Source: Octopus vulgaris (Eukaryota). From it: DNA of 64,000 nucleotides. Below the pieces are notes generated by a model. That model was not told the DNA's origin and made no database searches. It saw nothing but the letters and a program-made list of their open reading frames with translations. Position 1 is the stretch's first letter; every line of letters begins with the position of its first letter. The stretch lies in contig OX597814.1 of NCBI GenBank assembly GCA_951406725.2, forward strand, positions 11,904,001-11,968,000. Direction: 5' to 3'. This document shows positions 39,401 through 53,800 of this stretch, one piece after another. The position numbers were made by a program, and so were the translations under genes.

Positions 39401-42400
39401 TTGCCTTTCATCCTTTCGGGGTCGATAAATTAAGTACCAGTTACGCACTGGGGTCGATGTAATCGACTTAATACCTATGTCTGTCCTTGTTTGTCCCCTC
39501 TGTGTTTAGCCCCTTGTGGGTAATAAAGAAATAGGTATTTTCTATTTCCCGTCTTCCATGAAAACATCTCCCATCATAGGGAAATATTACCTGGCTTGGA
39601 AACAGGTTGGGGTCTGTGACAGAAAAGGCCTCTTCCTGTAGTAAATCTGATTCATCAAATTCCCTCCAACCCATGTGGATGTTAAAATGTTGACGAGACA
39701 ATGATGATAAGCTGCTACTTCATACTGAACACAAAGCTGATATTTCACAATTTGCTGCTGTTGTCAGCAGTCATTATTATAAAGATAATAATAATAATTA
39801 TTATTTAGTAGGTTTCCAGACAGGAACAGAAAAATATATTTATATTATCCTTATTGTTGACATTGTTATTAGGGTCTTAGCCTTGTGAGTGAAGTAGCAG
39901 AAGTAATAGAACATGGGAACAAATTTGTGAGGCCATCTGCCAGGGGTGGAAATTATTATTAGAATTGTGTTTCGGTTAGTGGATGATTTAATCAGTAATG
40001 TGTTGAACAAAATTCCTTGTGGGATTAAGTTATATCTCTCCTTGTCCTGAGTTCAAATCCCACTGTGGAGTGGGATGGGAATGGTCAATAAAACAACCAC
40101 ATCTCAGTTCTATTAAATTTGTTAAACTCTCTCTTGAAATTTTGTCATCTTGTTCCAAAGTTATAAAGCATCATCATCATCAACAGCATTTTCTTCTGTA
40201 TTTTCATCTTTGTTGTCATCATCTTCATTGTATTCTCTCTTCATTTGTCATTGTTTTTGCCATTATCATTTCACTTTTGCTATCTTCATTTTCTTTGTCC
40301 TTACAAACTTTATTGCTATTGCCATCTTTCCTGCTATCATCTACATAGGTATCATCTTCACTGTCATTGCATCTTCATTTGTCTTACCTTTTGATACACT
40401 GTTTTCATTTCCTCTCCTACAATGTTAATGTTCTTTTTTTTCTCTTCCTTAGATGACAATAATTGGAATCCTATTGAATGGGATCGGGCTGCTGAAGAAC
40501 TTACATGGGAAAGAGTAAGTGGGCTAACTTACTTAAGCTTTCATTGACATAGCTCACGGTTATATTTTAAATGTTCGTTAGATGACAGAGGACTGAGATA
40601 TGTGGCGCATTGCCGTTCTGAAGAAAACTTGTACACCACAACATAATTGAGATCCAACATAATTGAATGTGCCATGTGAAAGGCATTGGTGTGGGTGCTT
40701 GTTCCACATAAAAAGCACCCAGTACACTCTGTAGAGTAGCTGGCATTAGGAAGGGCATCTGACCATAGAAACCAAACCAAAACTATGGAACATGGTGTGG
40801 CCCCTAGCCTTTCCAGTTCCTCTCAAGCCATGCCAGCATGGAAAATGGATGCTGAATGTTGATGATGATAATGAGGAAGGTTGATGCCTCTTTATAATTA
40901 GTTTTGTTTTTTAAACTCTACCTATCAAAAAAAAAGGATAGTAAACATTTAATCCATTCACATCCAGTGGTGCCAGACTGTGTACTGGCAAGTCAATCAA
41001 GAGTTAAGCAGTTTAGCATAATCTCAGCCGTGCTATGTTGTATGTCTCCTTGGCTCTGTTTACCCACGTTTAAAAAGGTGTTGCAAAATAAGAGCAACTC
41101 ACCAATGCAAGCATCCGCAGTACTGTCAAATTTGACATGTTTTGTTAACTTCCAATGTTTACTTTCGCTGTGTGGGTGTACTCAGAAAATTAGATCTTGC
41201 TGATAGGCTTTGTCATCCATTTAGGAATGCTATAGAATTTGAAAAGTTGAATTATTGATTTACTCTTCTGATACCAAGCTGATCAATTAAGGAAGGCATA
41301 AGTCTTGCTCCAAGGTTTGTATTATGATCGCAATGCTGCCATGCAAATTAGTTGCTGAAGGATCTTGTCATTGGTTATGATTGCCTTTGGCAAAGGCCAT
41401 TAAAAGCTACAACTCTTTAGGGGCTCCTTAGCTTTGTGGAACACTAGACAACCTCACTAGAATTGATGCCATGATAAAATGTACCCAGTATATTCTCTAA
41501 GAAGGTGCATAGCTCAGTGGTTAGAGCGTTGGGCTTACAATTGTGAGGTTGTGAGTTCGATTCCTGGACCGGGCTGTGTGTTGTGTTCTTGAGCAAGACA
41601 CTTTATTTCACATTGTTCCAGTCCACTCAGCTGTAGAAGTGAATTGCGCCAGCACTGATGCCAAGCTATATTGGCCTCTGCCTTTCCTTATTTCTTTACT
41701 GCCCACAAGGGGCTAAACATAGAGGGGACAAACAAGGACAGACAAACAGATTAAGTTGATTATATCGACCCCAGTTTGTAACTGGTACTTATTTAATTGA
41801 CCCCAAAAGGATGAAAGGCAAAGTCGACCTTGGCGGAATTTGAACTCAGAATGTAGCAGCAGATGGAATACCGCTAAGCATTTCGCCCAGCGCGCTAACT
41901 TTCTGCCAGCTCTCCTTTCCTTTGGACAACATAGGTGGTGTGGAGAGAAGAGACTGATATGCATAGGTGACTGTTGCTCTTCCACAAACAACCTTGCCTG
42001 GACTTGTGCCCTAGAGGGGAACTTTCTAGGTTCAATCCCATGGTCATTCATGACCGAAGGTGGTCTATTACACTCTGTAAAATGGTTAGCAAATAATTGA
42101 AGACAGTATAAGGTTGAGAGATGCCTTTAGTCTGCACAAGGACATGACAACCTCTCTTAGGTTCTTACCTTGAGTAATAACCTGAATTCATATTCCACTG
42201 AGATTGACTTTGCCTTTCATCCTTTTGGAGTTGATAAAAATAAGTGCCTGTCAAGTACTAGGGTTGATATAATCAATTTGCCCACTCACTTCAAAACTAT
42301 TGGCCCTCTGCCAAGATTTGAAACTACAAGACTCTATAGTGACAGAAATTATAGTGTCACACTAGACTTCTTACATTGATCAAGTTGTGTCTACACTGCA

Positions 42401-45400
42401 GTACTTGGACCATTTAAGTGTTTTGATCGTGGACACTATACAATACTGAGGACTGGATGCAATCTGTTGAGTTCTTGGTTGGTTATCCATTACCTTATCA
42501 AATATATGTGCATCTGTGGTCACAGAAACCTTGTCAAATGAAAGCTTTATAATTTACTAGTGTTATTGTATTAAATTTTCTTCTTTTATGTAAATATAAA
42601 TGCAAACATATTTTAGCCAGTGATTTCAGTAGTTTTACTGATGCACAGCCTATGTACAATTATCATGATATCTAACAATGGGTTGTATTTCTTTCTTTTC
42701 AGTTGTTGGGTTTAGATGGCTCTCTGGTGTTTCTTGTAAGTATATTTCACAAGATGTATATATGTTTTTATGGGGTATTTTAACTTCTTTCACTGACCAC
42801 AAATAAATGTCATCTGAACTAGCAATGACTTGAATTTTTTGAGTAAGGCATAGTTATTTGAGAGTAACTGCAACCAATAAGGAGTGATTTGGACTATGAT
42901 GATCTGTTCAACATATGGGAAACAGATGTAAAAATGATGGTGATGATATTCAAATTGGATAAAATAATTTATGCAGTTGTTGGTAGGTCAAGAGAACGAG
43001 ATGCTAAATGAATAAGCTTGTTTTCTGAATCTTAATGGTACATAAGGCATTACTTATGCTTTCTGTATCATTAAATCTTTTGATACCAACCTGCCTGAGG
43101 CCATTCTAAGAGGCTTTTAGTTGTGATAACACAATGACTTTGAATTAAGGTTTGAATTCCTGACTATGTGCTATATAACTGACCACTTATTTTAACTATG
43201 CCCAAGCAATTCGGCCGACAAAAAAGATTCTTCTTGAGACAGTCTGGGAGCTCCTTCATGGCTACTTCACCTGAATAGCATTCAGTCTTCCAGAAATCAT
43301 ATCTTACCATTATAGTTTTTTTTTTAAAAAAGAAGAAGGACACGTTGAATAATGTCGTCCTGGATATATATCAGTATATTAAGAGAGGATGGTAATGACT
43401 GAAATATCTACTAAATCAGGACGAAATTCAGGCCAATATAACAACAGCAACAAGAGATTCCATTTTCCTCCTTTCACAGTTGTGTATCTGACTATAGGAA
43501 GGATATGTAGCTAAATAACAAGCAGTTGTTCCCATACTATATGTGCAAATATACAAATATGCAAAAATTGTACAAACATTAGAAATATAATGTGGGTAGT
43601 ATATATATATATATATATATAAATTCAGAGTGAATACTTGATAAATGTAAGCACCTGTATATGCCAGCTAGTAGCAGAGGTGAGAGGATATACGTATCAA
43701 ATGAAATGTTCTGTTTTTTTAATTTCATTTGATACATACATATATATACACACACACACACACACATCCATATAAAAGTGTTGAAAAAAAGCATATTCCC
43801 AAAAAGAAAAATATTTTATAAAAATTTGATCAGTGTTATATTTATGTAGGTTTGCCTCATTAGGTTTAAATAATGCGAAAAAATATCTGAAATAGTTATC
43901 AGTTTTTTAGTCACCTATGTTTTTTTTTTTATCTTCTTCAGGAGCATGTATTCTGGGTTGTATCTCTGAATACACTTTTCATTTTGGTGTTTGGTAAGTA
44001 TTACATTACATGACTATTTATATTTTCAAATAGACTTTATTGATATTAAAAATAGAAAAAGTATTCTACAAAATTGGGTGAAGTGTATGCTAGCTTGCAT
44101 GAACAATGAAGGCAAAAAGTGGCTGAGCACCAAAGATATTTGTCATCTGTATAGCACAATTTGACTAAGCTGATATGGTGTATCTGTATTGTTAATGTAT
44201 TGATGAGTGGTGCATATTGGGAAGGTGAAGTTGTTAGAGCAGTGGCTAAAATGCTGTGTGGTATTTATTTTGGCTTCCTGCCTTCCGAATTCAAATTTTG
44301 TGATGGTTAAACTTTACCTTTCATCCTTTTGGGGTTCATAAATATCAGTCAAGAGCTGTGGACTGGTGGAAATCAGAGCATTGGATGAGAAGCATCAGGG
44401 TATTTGTTCTAGTTCTTTGCATTTTGAATTGAAAGTTTGCCATGACTGACTTGTATACTTGACTGACTTGTATACTTAATTTGTTGTCTGGTTTACTACC
44501 ATCATCTGGTCCTTGGATGCCTTTAGTTGCGTCCATTCTATTACAAGCATTTGGGCCTGCACTGTTCTGTACAATCTTTTGGATTCTCCTCTTACTTTTT
44601 ACGAAACACTTCCTTCTAAAGTACTGTTTTTTTTCTTCTTTGTTCCAGCATTTTGTCCATATCACATTGGTCACTTTACTTTGGTTGGCCTTAAAATTGA
44701 TGATTTTGTAAGTTAAAATATCATAATTACTATTTCTTTTCTCGTCTCTCTCTTTTCTTTTCTCGTCTCTCTCTTTTCTTTTCTCGTCTCTCTCTTTTCT
44801 TTTCTCGTCTCTCTCTTTTCTTTTCTCGTCTCTCTCTTTTCTTTTCTCGTCTCTCTTTTCTTTTCTCGTCTCTCTTTTCTTTTCTCGTCTCTCTTTTCTT
44901 TTCTCGTCTCTCTCTTTTTTTTTCTCGTCTCTCTCTTTTCTTTTCTCGTCTCTCTCTTTTCTTTTCTCGTCTCTCTCTTTTCTTTTCTCGTCTCTCTCTT
45001 TTCTTCTCACTTTCTCTCTCTTTTCTTTTCTCGTCTCTCTCTTTTCTTCTCACTTTCTCTCTCTTTTCTTTTCTCGTCTCTCTCTTTTCTTTTCTCGTCT
45101 CTCTCTTTTCTTTTCTCGTCTCTCTCTTTTCTTTTCTCGTCTCTCTCTTTTCTTTTCTCGTCTCTCTCTTTTCTTCTCACTTTCTCTCCTCATTCACTTT
45201 CATATGATCTCATTTTGTAATTATCATTCATACTCTAATTTATTGTTTCTTTCATTTTTCTGCTCCATCTGTATCTCCTTCCTTATAAAAAATACTGTTG
45301 TTATTAATATAGGTTGTGGCATCCCATTTTGAAGGCCTCTTAACTGCACTCACTGGTTACATTGTATTTGCATTGGGTCTTGTATCCCTCTACCTTCTTT

Positions 45401-45468
45401 GTGCTCTGGTGCGCATCAAAAGGTATGTTGAACATTCTTCTCTTTGTAAATTTTTATGCATGCACACG

Positions 45469-45505
<37 letters not shown>

Positions 45506-47825
45506 GGGGGGTGTGCTGAAAAGTTCTTGATTTTGAGTAAAAGAAAATACAGGAGGAGGGTCAGTTAATTAAGATTTTATTCGACATATTCCACTCTCGG
45601 AGTGGTTGGCATTAGGAAGGGCATCCAGCTGTAGAAACTCTGCCGGATCAAGACTGGAGCCTGGTGCAGCCCTCAGTCAAACCGTCCAACCCATGCTAGC
45701 ATGGAAAGCGGATGCACCAATCCGACCGTGGCCGATGCCAGCCTCGCCTGGCACCAGTGCAGGTGGCACGTAAAAAGCACCCTCTACACTCACGGAGTGG
45801 TTGGCGTTAGGAAGGGCATCCAGCTGTAGAAACTCTGCCAGAATCAAGACTGGAGTCTGGTGCAGCCATCTGGTTTGCCAGCCCTCAGTCAAACCGTCCA
45901 ACCCATGCTAGCATGGAAAGCGGACGTTAAATGATGATGATGATGATGATTCCACTCTCAGACTCATTACAGCAGTCCTTCAGTTTTTCTAACCCCTGTA
46001 AAAGAACTTGGAAGGTTGGGCCTCCAACCAGGCCTTTGGCGTTACCCTTAAAATCAGGAACTTTCCAGCACCCCTTGTATACCCTAATGCTTTCCTCTTT
46101 TGTTATTCATGTATATGCATACAATTACATGCATAATCACACACTTTTGCATTTATGCACCCACACAGCCAAATATGTGAACAGACTTGTACATTCATGC
46201 ACTATCTCCCTCAAAGTCTCTCCTCTCACACACACATACATATTCTCTCTCTCCGTCTCTCTCTCTCTCTTAGATGCACTCTTTTGCCCTCACATATTCT
46301 TTTGCTCTGTTTCTTTCAGCACCTCTCCTTCTCTCACACATACTGTGAATGAGAACATAATGATGATGACGACAAACCATCACACTCCTAAAACAATTTT
46401 GCCACTTAATGCTAGGCCTAAACAAGCTCTTAAAACTTCTCATTGAAACATTCACATCCCATCTATGACTAAAATTGTTTCAATCACAGTTCAGGGTCCA
46501 AACTATTCTAACACCAGCTGGATCTTTATAAAACACTACTTATCCACTATGGAAGCACTCCGTCGGTTACGACGATGAGGGTTCCGGTTGATCCAAATCA
46601 ACGGAACAGCCTGCTCGTGAAATTAACGTGTAAGTGGCTGAGCACTCCACAGGCACGTGCACCCTTAACGTAGTTCTCGGGGATATTCAGCGTGACACAG
46701 AGAGTGACAAGGCCGGCCCCTTGAAATACAGGTACAACAGAAACAGGAAGTAAGAGTGAGAGAAAGTTGTGGTGAAAGAGTACAGCAGGGATCACCACCA
46801 TCCCCTGTCGGAGCCTCGTGGAGCTTTAGGTGTTTTCGCTCAATAAACATTCACAACGCCCGGTCTGGGAATCGAAACTGCGATCCTATGACCACGAATC
46901 CGCTGCCCTAACCACTGGGCCATTGCGCCTCCACACTTATCCTCTATAAAGAGCATGCAATTCACCTGGTTGGGTATGCTGCTCTAGCTAGAGACATGAC
47001 ATTAAAATATTCTCACTGCATCGTCAAAGTTATCAGCATGGCTGTGTGGTAAGAAGCTTACTTCCAAACCACATGGTTCTGGGTTCAGTCTCACTGTGTG
47101 GCACCTTGGGCAAGTGTCTTCTACTATAGCCACGGGCCAACCAAAGCCTTGTAAATGAATTTGGTAGATGGAAACTGAGAGAAGCCTGATGTGTGTGTGT
47201 GTGTGTGTATATATGTTTGTGTGTCTGTGTCTGTCCCTCTGCCGTTGCTTGACAACCAATGTTGGTGTGTTTATGTCCCCTCGGCAAAAGAGACCAATAG
47301 AATAAGTACTAGGCTTACAAAGAATAAGTTCTGGGGTCGATTTGTTTGACTAAAGGTGGTGCTCCAACATGGCCACAGTCAAATGACTGAAACAAATAAA
47401 TGAATAAGACTGCACTATTTTATCCAGTATATTAATATCTGAATCCATTTTTAAATTGGACAGTGAAATTTGAAGCTGATTTGTTAATTGGTTGAGTAAT
47501 TGTATAAGTTGATTGTTAATTGTATAAGTGCTCCTTTGTTGGCTTAAAAGGCTCATCCACTGCGCCTCTTCATTCAGCTGACTACCATCGGGTCAAAGGT
47601 CACCTCAACTAGTTTCTTGCCCATGAGCATACATACATATAGCATGTCATGTATACACACACACATACACACACACATGTACACATACACACCCACACAC
47701 ACAATATATCATGATCATTTTAATGTTCACTTTCGATGCTTGCATGGGTCAGATGGAATTTGTTTACATGAGTTTTCTACAGTGAATGCCCTTCATATGC
47801 ACATATGTATGTGTTTGTACACAGA

Positions 47826-47857
<32 letters not shown>

Positions 47858-50800
47858 GACACTCACTCAGACACACACACACACATACGCACACACATAT
47901 GCATGCACACACACACACACACACACATGGTGGTGGTCTTTCAGTTTCAGCCAACCAAATCTATTCACAAAGCTATTGTCAGCCTGAGGCTATAGTAGAA
48001 GAAGCTTACCTAAGGTGCCAAGTAGTAGGACTGAACCAGAAACCATGTGTTTGGGAAGCAAAGTTTTTACCACATCCATGCACGTAAAAAGCACCCAGTA
48101 CACTCGGTTAAGTGGTTGGCATTCGGAAGGGCATCCAGCCGTAGAAACCATGCCAAAACAGACATAGAACCTGGCAGAGCACCCTTGGCTCGTCTCTTTT
48201 TGTCAAACCATTCAACCCATGGCAGCATGGAAAAAAAGGATGTTAAATGTTAATGTTAATGATGATGATGATGATAAATATTTTCCTTTTTATTTTTCCT
48301 TCAAGATTCAGGAGGCTTATTGGACTTTGCTATGTTGTTGTTAAAGTGAAACTACTCGTTGTAGTGGAGATTGGCGTGTTCCCATTAATTTGTGGCTGGT
48401 GGCTCGATGTGTGTTCTCTGGTAAGTTTTTCTAGAATTTTTCTTCCTTACTTTTTCTCCCCTCTGTGTCATCAGAATGATGTTCTATTTTCAACACCTGT
48501 TCTGGGAGTTGGTTTGTATATTTATCTAAATGACAATTGATCTTATTCCCATAACGGTATTTGTGTGCTGACTCCAGTACACAAGATCTTTCTCTGTCCC
48601 CTCAATTCTGTACTCTCTATTTCATGTGGTTGCTGCTAGGATTTGTTTTTATAAATTTGTTTATTTCCTGTTGCCAGTCTTTGAAATATTACACAACACA
48701 TGTTATAAGAAAATGAGCTGAAAATCCAGTTAATAATCTTCTGCTATAGTATTTGTTCAGATGATTTAATTTAGACATAGTTGTTAGTGACAGAAGCAGT
48801 ATTAATATCAAAAGGCAATCTTTATATCCAACTTAATGTGGCTGTTCGGCATTCTAACAAAATATCCACATTAAGTTAGATATAAAGATTGCCTACAATT
48901 TAGACATTTTAATGAACCAAAGAATTTTCACTTGTGTAAGTACTGTAGACATTGTTTCTAATGAAAAGTCTAAAATCCTTGTATTTTATTTTAGAGAAAA
49001 ATATTGACCTGAAATTGCATCAGATATGATTCATTAAGAGACACACAAGAGATCCTTTCCCACCAAAAGAAGAAAAAAAATTGAATGCATAGAGCTTAGG
49101 TTTTGACATTGTTCCATATCTTTTTTGTTCTGCATTAAAAACAAAACAGAACACAATACAAACGAAACGGATTATATGTTCTCTGATTGCCACACTACAC
49201 ACTAACTCGGTATTTTGTTATATGTAGTGTCAACTTTGATACAAATATGATATATGTTCTGGCTCTGCTATAGAAATCTAGATAGGTTTTGTACTCTTTG
49301 TGTCAAAAATAGCATAGAAGAGACTTAAGTTGGACTAATTAAAATCTAGTTTAGTAGGTCTCATATCATTCACATAAGATTGCATTACTGAACTTAAATT
49401 TTGCTGTAAATGCAAAAAAATGACCCCCAAAAAATCTTTAGCATAAAACCAGTATCTTCAATTTCTCTAGGTAGTTGTTAAGGAAAATAAAAAAGACCAT
49501 ATATCAAGAGTTAAACTTACTACTAAGTAGGTAAATTTTGCCTACCAAGAGAGTAAATTTGCTGATTTTAGATTTGCATATATTTTTTTCTTGATATATA
49601 ATTATAAAAAAGTCTGAATTTGATAAAAAAAAATTTGAAGTATTCTTTGTGAAAAACTTCAATTTGCTTTTCTTTCTACCATTTGGAACTTAACAATCTA
49701 TGTCTTAATTATTATGTTGCTAGTAGAGAAGTCTAATTCAAAAGACTGTCTGGTTCTGGTATCTTTTGATCATTAAGTCATAAATAAATGAAAAATCATG
49801 GCTGTGTGCTATTGTTATTTGAACTTGAATTAATAGATGTCTAAAAACGGTATTTTAACATTCCTCTTTTGCTGGCTGTTTTATTAAGGTGGTAGGTGTG
49901 TAAACTCCAATTACTAAAAAAAAAGAAGCAAAAAACCCCCCTCAGAATGGGAGTGAATTTACTTTCAAGGGGGTAAATGAAACAGAAATGGTTGAGAATC
50001 TTTGGCCTATTTAGTGAAGAATTGTTTTTGTCATTTTCACCATTTCAAAACTTCATTATTACCATACATGTTATTTTGGTTATTATTTCAGGCGATGTTT
50101 GATGCAACCTTAAAAGAGAGAAAAAACAGCTTCCATTTAGCTCCAGGAACATCAATGTTTGTTCACTGGCTAGTTGGGATGGTGTATGTTTTCTATTTTG
50201 CTTCATTTATTTTACTTTTACGTGAAGTGTTGAGACCCGGGTTGTTGTGGTTTCTCAGGAATTTGAATGATCCGGAATTTAACCCTATTCAGGAGGTAAT
50301 TTCTTCGTATTTGTCTTTTATATTTACTTACAACCTTAATGAAATGATAGCTATTAATTTGATGTGATGTTTATATAGTTAAATTTTGGGGAACTAGATT
50401 TGAATTTTGGAGTTAGTTAATTTTTTTTTGGCTCAAAAAGCAAAAAGCAAGGCCATGTAGGGGGACATGGAGTTATGTACAGGGTGGTGTTCATGTAAAG
50501 AGTTCAGGCCACTTGTGGTCAAGGGAGACTTTGAACCGAGTGGTCGTCGGCATCTTCACCATCTCGTCTGGCAGCTTGTTCCATGGATCCGCAACCCGGA
50601 CGGAGAAAGCCCCTCTCCTTCGATTGAGATGAAATCATCCCAGATAGAGCTTTTCGGAATGACCCCGCAACCGACGCTCTGGAGCAGGAGTGAAGAACAG
50701 CTCTTTCGAGAGGTTACACTTTCTGCTTATGATGTTGTGAGCGAGAATGAGATCACCACGGCGGCTGCGTTTTTCTAGAGAATAAAGGTCGAGCGTCTTC

Positions 50801-53800
50801 AGCCTTTCTTCATAAGACAAATTCTTGAGACCATGAACCATGCGGGTAGCCAGCTTCTGGACTCTTTCGAGATGCTGTGTGTCTTTGAGGAGATAAGGAG
50901 AAGAGGCTTGAATCCCATACTCCTGTGAATTAATGGTTATCCTGAGCAATACATAGAAGTTTCAGTTGATGCATTAGCACACCCAGCTTTTGGGAATAAA
51001 TACCAAAATTTTGGGGAAAGTTACTTGTAATATACTTAGTCTCTTGAGCAGGGAGAGAATTGTTTTTCATTTACTTAACAGTCCAGTCACCAAAGTTTAG
51101 GAACTTATGCTATATCTTTAAAGAAAGTTGGTCTTTGTTGAACCCTGATACAGTAGACCTCTAGTCAAAGGAATTTCAACTATGGCTGTTCTTTCCCTTT
51201 ATGGGCATATAAAGGACTGTGTTCATTGCTTTTAAAAGTGGATATGATTTGTGGTAGATTTGGCTACTGCTTCTATTTAGTAGGTTGAGCTAACAGAACT
51301 GTTAATGCTCACTTGTTAATCTGAAGAGCTAATTAGTATAAGTAATGGAAGACATTGTGAAATGATGCATGTGGGTTATTTGCTGTTTTGTAATTTTTTT
51401 CTGATATTTGTTTGACAAATAATGAGTGTCTTTCCATGTCTGTTTCAGATGATCCACCTACCTGTCTATAGGCATGTCCGTAGATTTATTGCCTCCGTTG
51501 TGAGTACATTTTTCCTGATTTGTTTCTTTGACTATGACATCTTTGAATGACTTATTTACCCTTTTGTTATATTTCTATTGAAATGTGCTGCTCCAGTATT
51601 TATTTTCAGTTAAGTGAGCTGGGCCAATTAAGAGTTGATTAATAACACAATGCATTGATGGGCTGATGATAGGTTATAAACTATACAGTTGATGACTGTT
51701 TTATAAGCTAGCTTTGATGAGTTTAAATCATCTCATGAATCTTTTGCAGTGAGCTGAGTTTTATTGGATTAATTTTTTCTAAGGATACTTCTTTGACCTT
51801 TTGAGTTGATATAGAAATTAAAAAAATTATACACAACTTAAAGCAATGGAAATTGCAGCTGTGATACCAGTGCCGGTGGCACATAAGCGAACCATCCGAT
51901 CGTGGCTGTTGCCAGCGCCGCCCCGACTGGCCTCCGTGCCGGTGGCACGTGAAAAGCACCATCCGATCATGGCCGTTGCCAGCCTGGCCTGGCCCCCGTG
52001 CTGGGCCCCGTCTGGCACCTGTGCCGGTGGCACGTAAAAAGTATCCACTACACTCACAGAGTGGTTGGCGTTAGGAAGGGCATCCAGCCGTAGAAACATT
52101 GCCAGGTCAGACTGGGCCTGGTGCAGCCTTCTGGCTTCCCAGACCCCAGTTGAACCGTCCAACCCATGCTAGCATGGAAAGCGGACGCTAAATGATGATG
52201 ATGAAAGCCCATACACCAGACTTCTGTACAGTTTTGAACTTCCAATTTTTCAAGACTTTAGTCAGCCCAGGGCCACAGAAGTTGCACACAGTGCCATACA
52301 GTAGGAATGCACCTGTAACTACATGGTTGTGTAGTGAAATTCTAAACCATTCAACCATACCTGCACCGATGTATATATACTCTCCCACCCTCACATCTAA
52401 TAAGTTAATGGATTGCAAAATAAGAGCCATACACGACAAAATACTGTGTAGTGTTTGTTACATCTCTTCTAACTTAATAGTTAGGTCAACTTTGCTTTTG
52501 ATTCTTCTAAAGATGATAATATAAATACCAGGTAGGTATGGAGTTGAGTTCAACGTTCCACTTCATATTTGTAGCACTATGTTAGTATTAGAAGCCACAC
52601 TCCTACAGACACAAACATGCAAGGAAGCACTCATAGACATGCATGTAAGTGGACATGCAAGTTTACATGTATATATCCACAGACAGGCATGATCCCATCA
52701 TCATCATCATCATTGTTTAACGTCCGTTTTCCGCGCTAGCACGTGTTGGACGGTTCGACCGGGGTCTGGGAAGCCAGGGGCTGCACCAGGCTCCAGTCTG
52801 ATCTGGCAGTGTTTCTACAGCTGGATGCCCTTCCTAACGCCAACCACTCCGCGAGTGTAGTATGTAGATCCCATACATACACATTTTTCGATACAAGCAC
52901 ATGCACACAGGAATTCACGTGCATATACACTTAAATACAGATGCATATATGCATGAATACAAGCACATATACATGCACACATGAATCCTAATGCATACAT
53001 GAATACTGCCTCCTACACAAAATGCATATGCACATGAATGCTAACACACACCCGGATACTAGTACACAGATATGAATGCTAAGGCTACACACACATGGAT
53101 GCTAATGCATACACACAGATATGAATATTAATACACACACACACGTACACCTGAATGCTTATACATACACATGTAAAAGCATATACACATGTCAGATATG
53201 CAGAGAAGTACAAAACAAATGCTCACACACATTGTAATCAACATTTAGTTTGATTCGATACTTGTTCTTTTGTTTGTTTCCTTGATTGTAATATAAATAG
53301 CATGAATGTTTTTTTTTTTATCCCTTCTGTTCTTTAACCTTTCCCAACTACTGTATTTGTAGGTTATATTTGGAAGTACAGTTCTCTTGATGCTGTGGCT
53401 ACCAGTCCGAGTGATTCGGAAGGTGATGCCACAGTTCCTACCTTACAATGCTGTTCTCAACAGCGACGCCGCTATGAGTGAGCTTTCTCTAGAGCTTCTC
53501 CTGTTGCAAGTTGTTTTACCAGCCTTGCTTGAACAGGGTTATATTAGGGCCTGGCTGAAAGGGGTAGTCCGTGGATGGACTGTTGCTATGGCATGGCTAC
53601 TCGATCTCCGGTCCTATCTCATTGGCGACATTGCTTTGACTGAACAGGTAGGTTTGCTTTCTTTTTCCATTTCCTTTATTATTGTATTTTCATATTTTTA
53701 CACGGTTCTTGTAATTAGCTGCCAGTGTTAATGTTTACGGTATCAATTTCTCTGGTCCTAGAGTACTCATGCACACACTGCCACTTCCTCTGGATCTATT

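Noticed and set aside
44345-45053. Arg/Lys/Glu-rich minus-strand ORFs
   Set aside because: They are translations of the pyrimidine minisatellite, antisense to a real exon.
46860-46934. tRNA-Arg gene (also 35885-35957, 41503-41570, 25102-25170)
   Set aside because: These are tRNA-like heads continuous with multicopy SINE bodies, without a proper acceptor stem or terminator.
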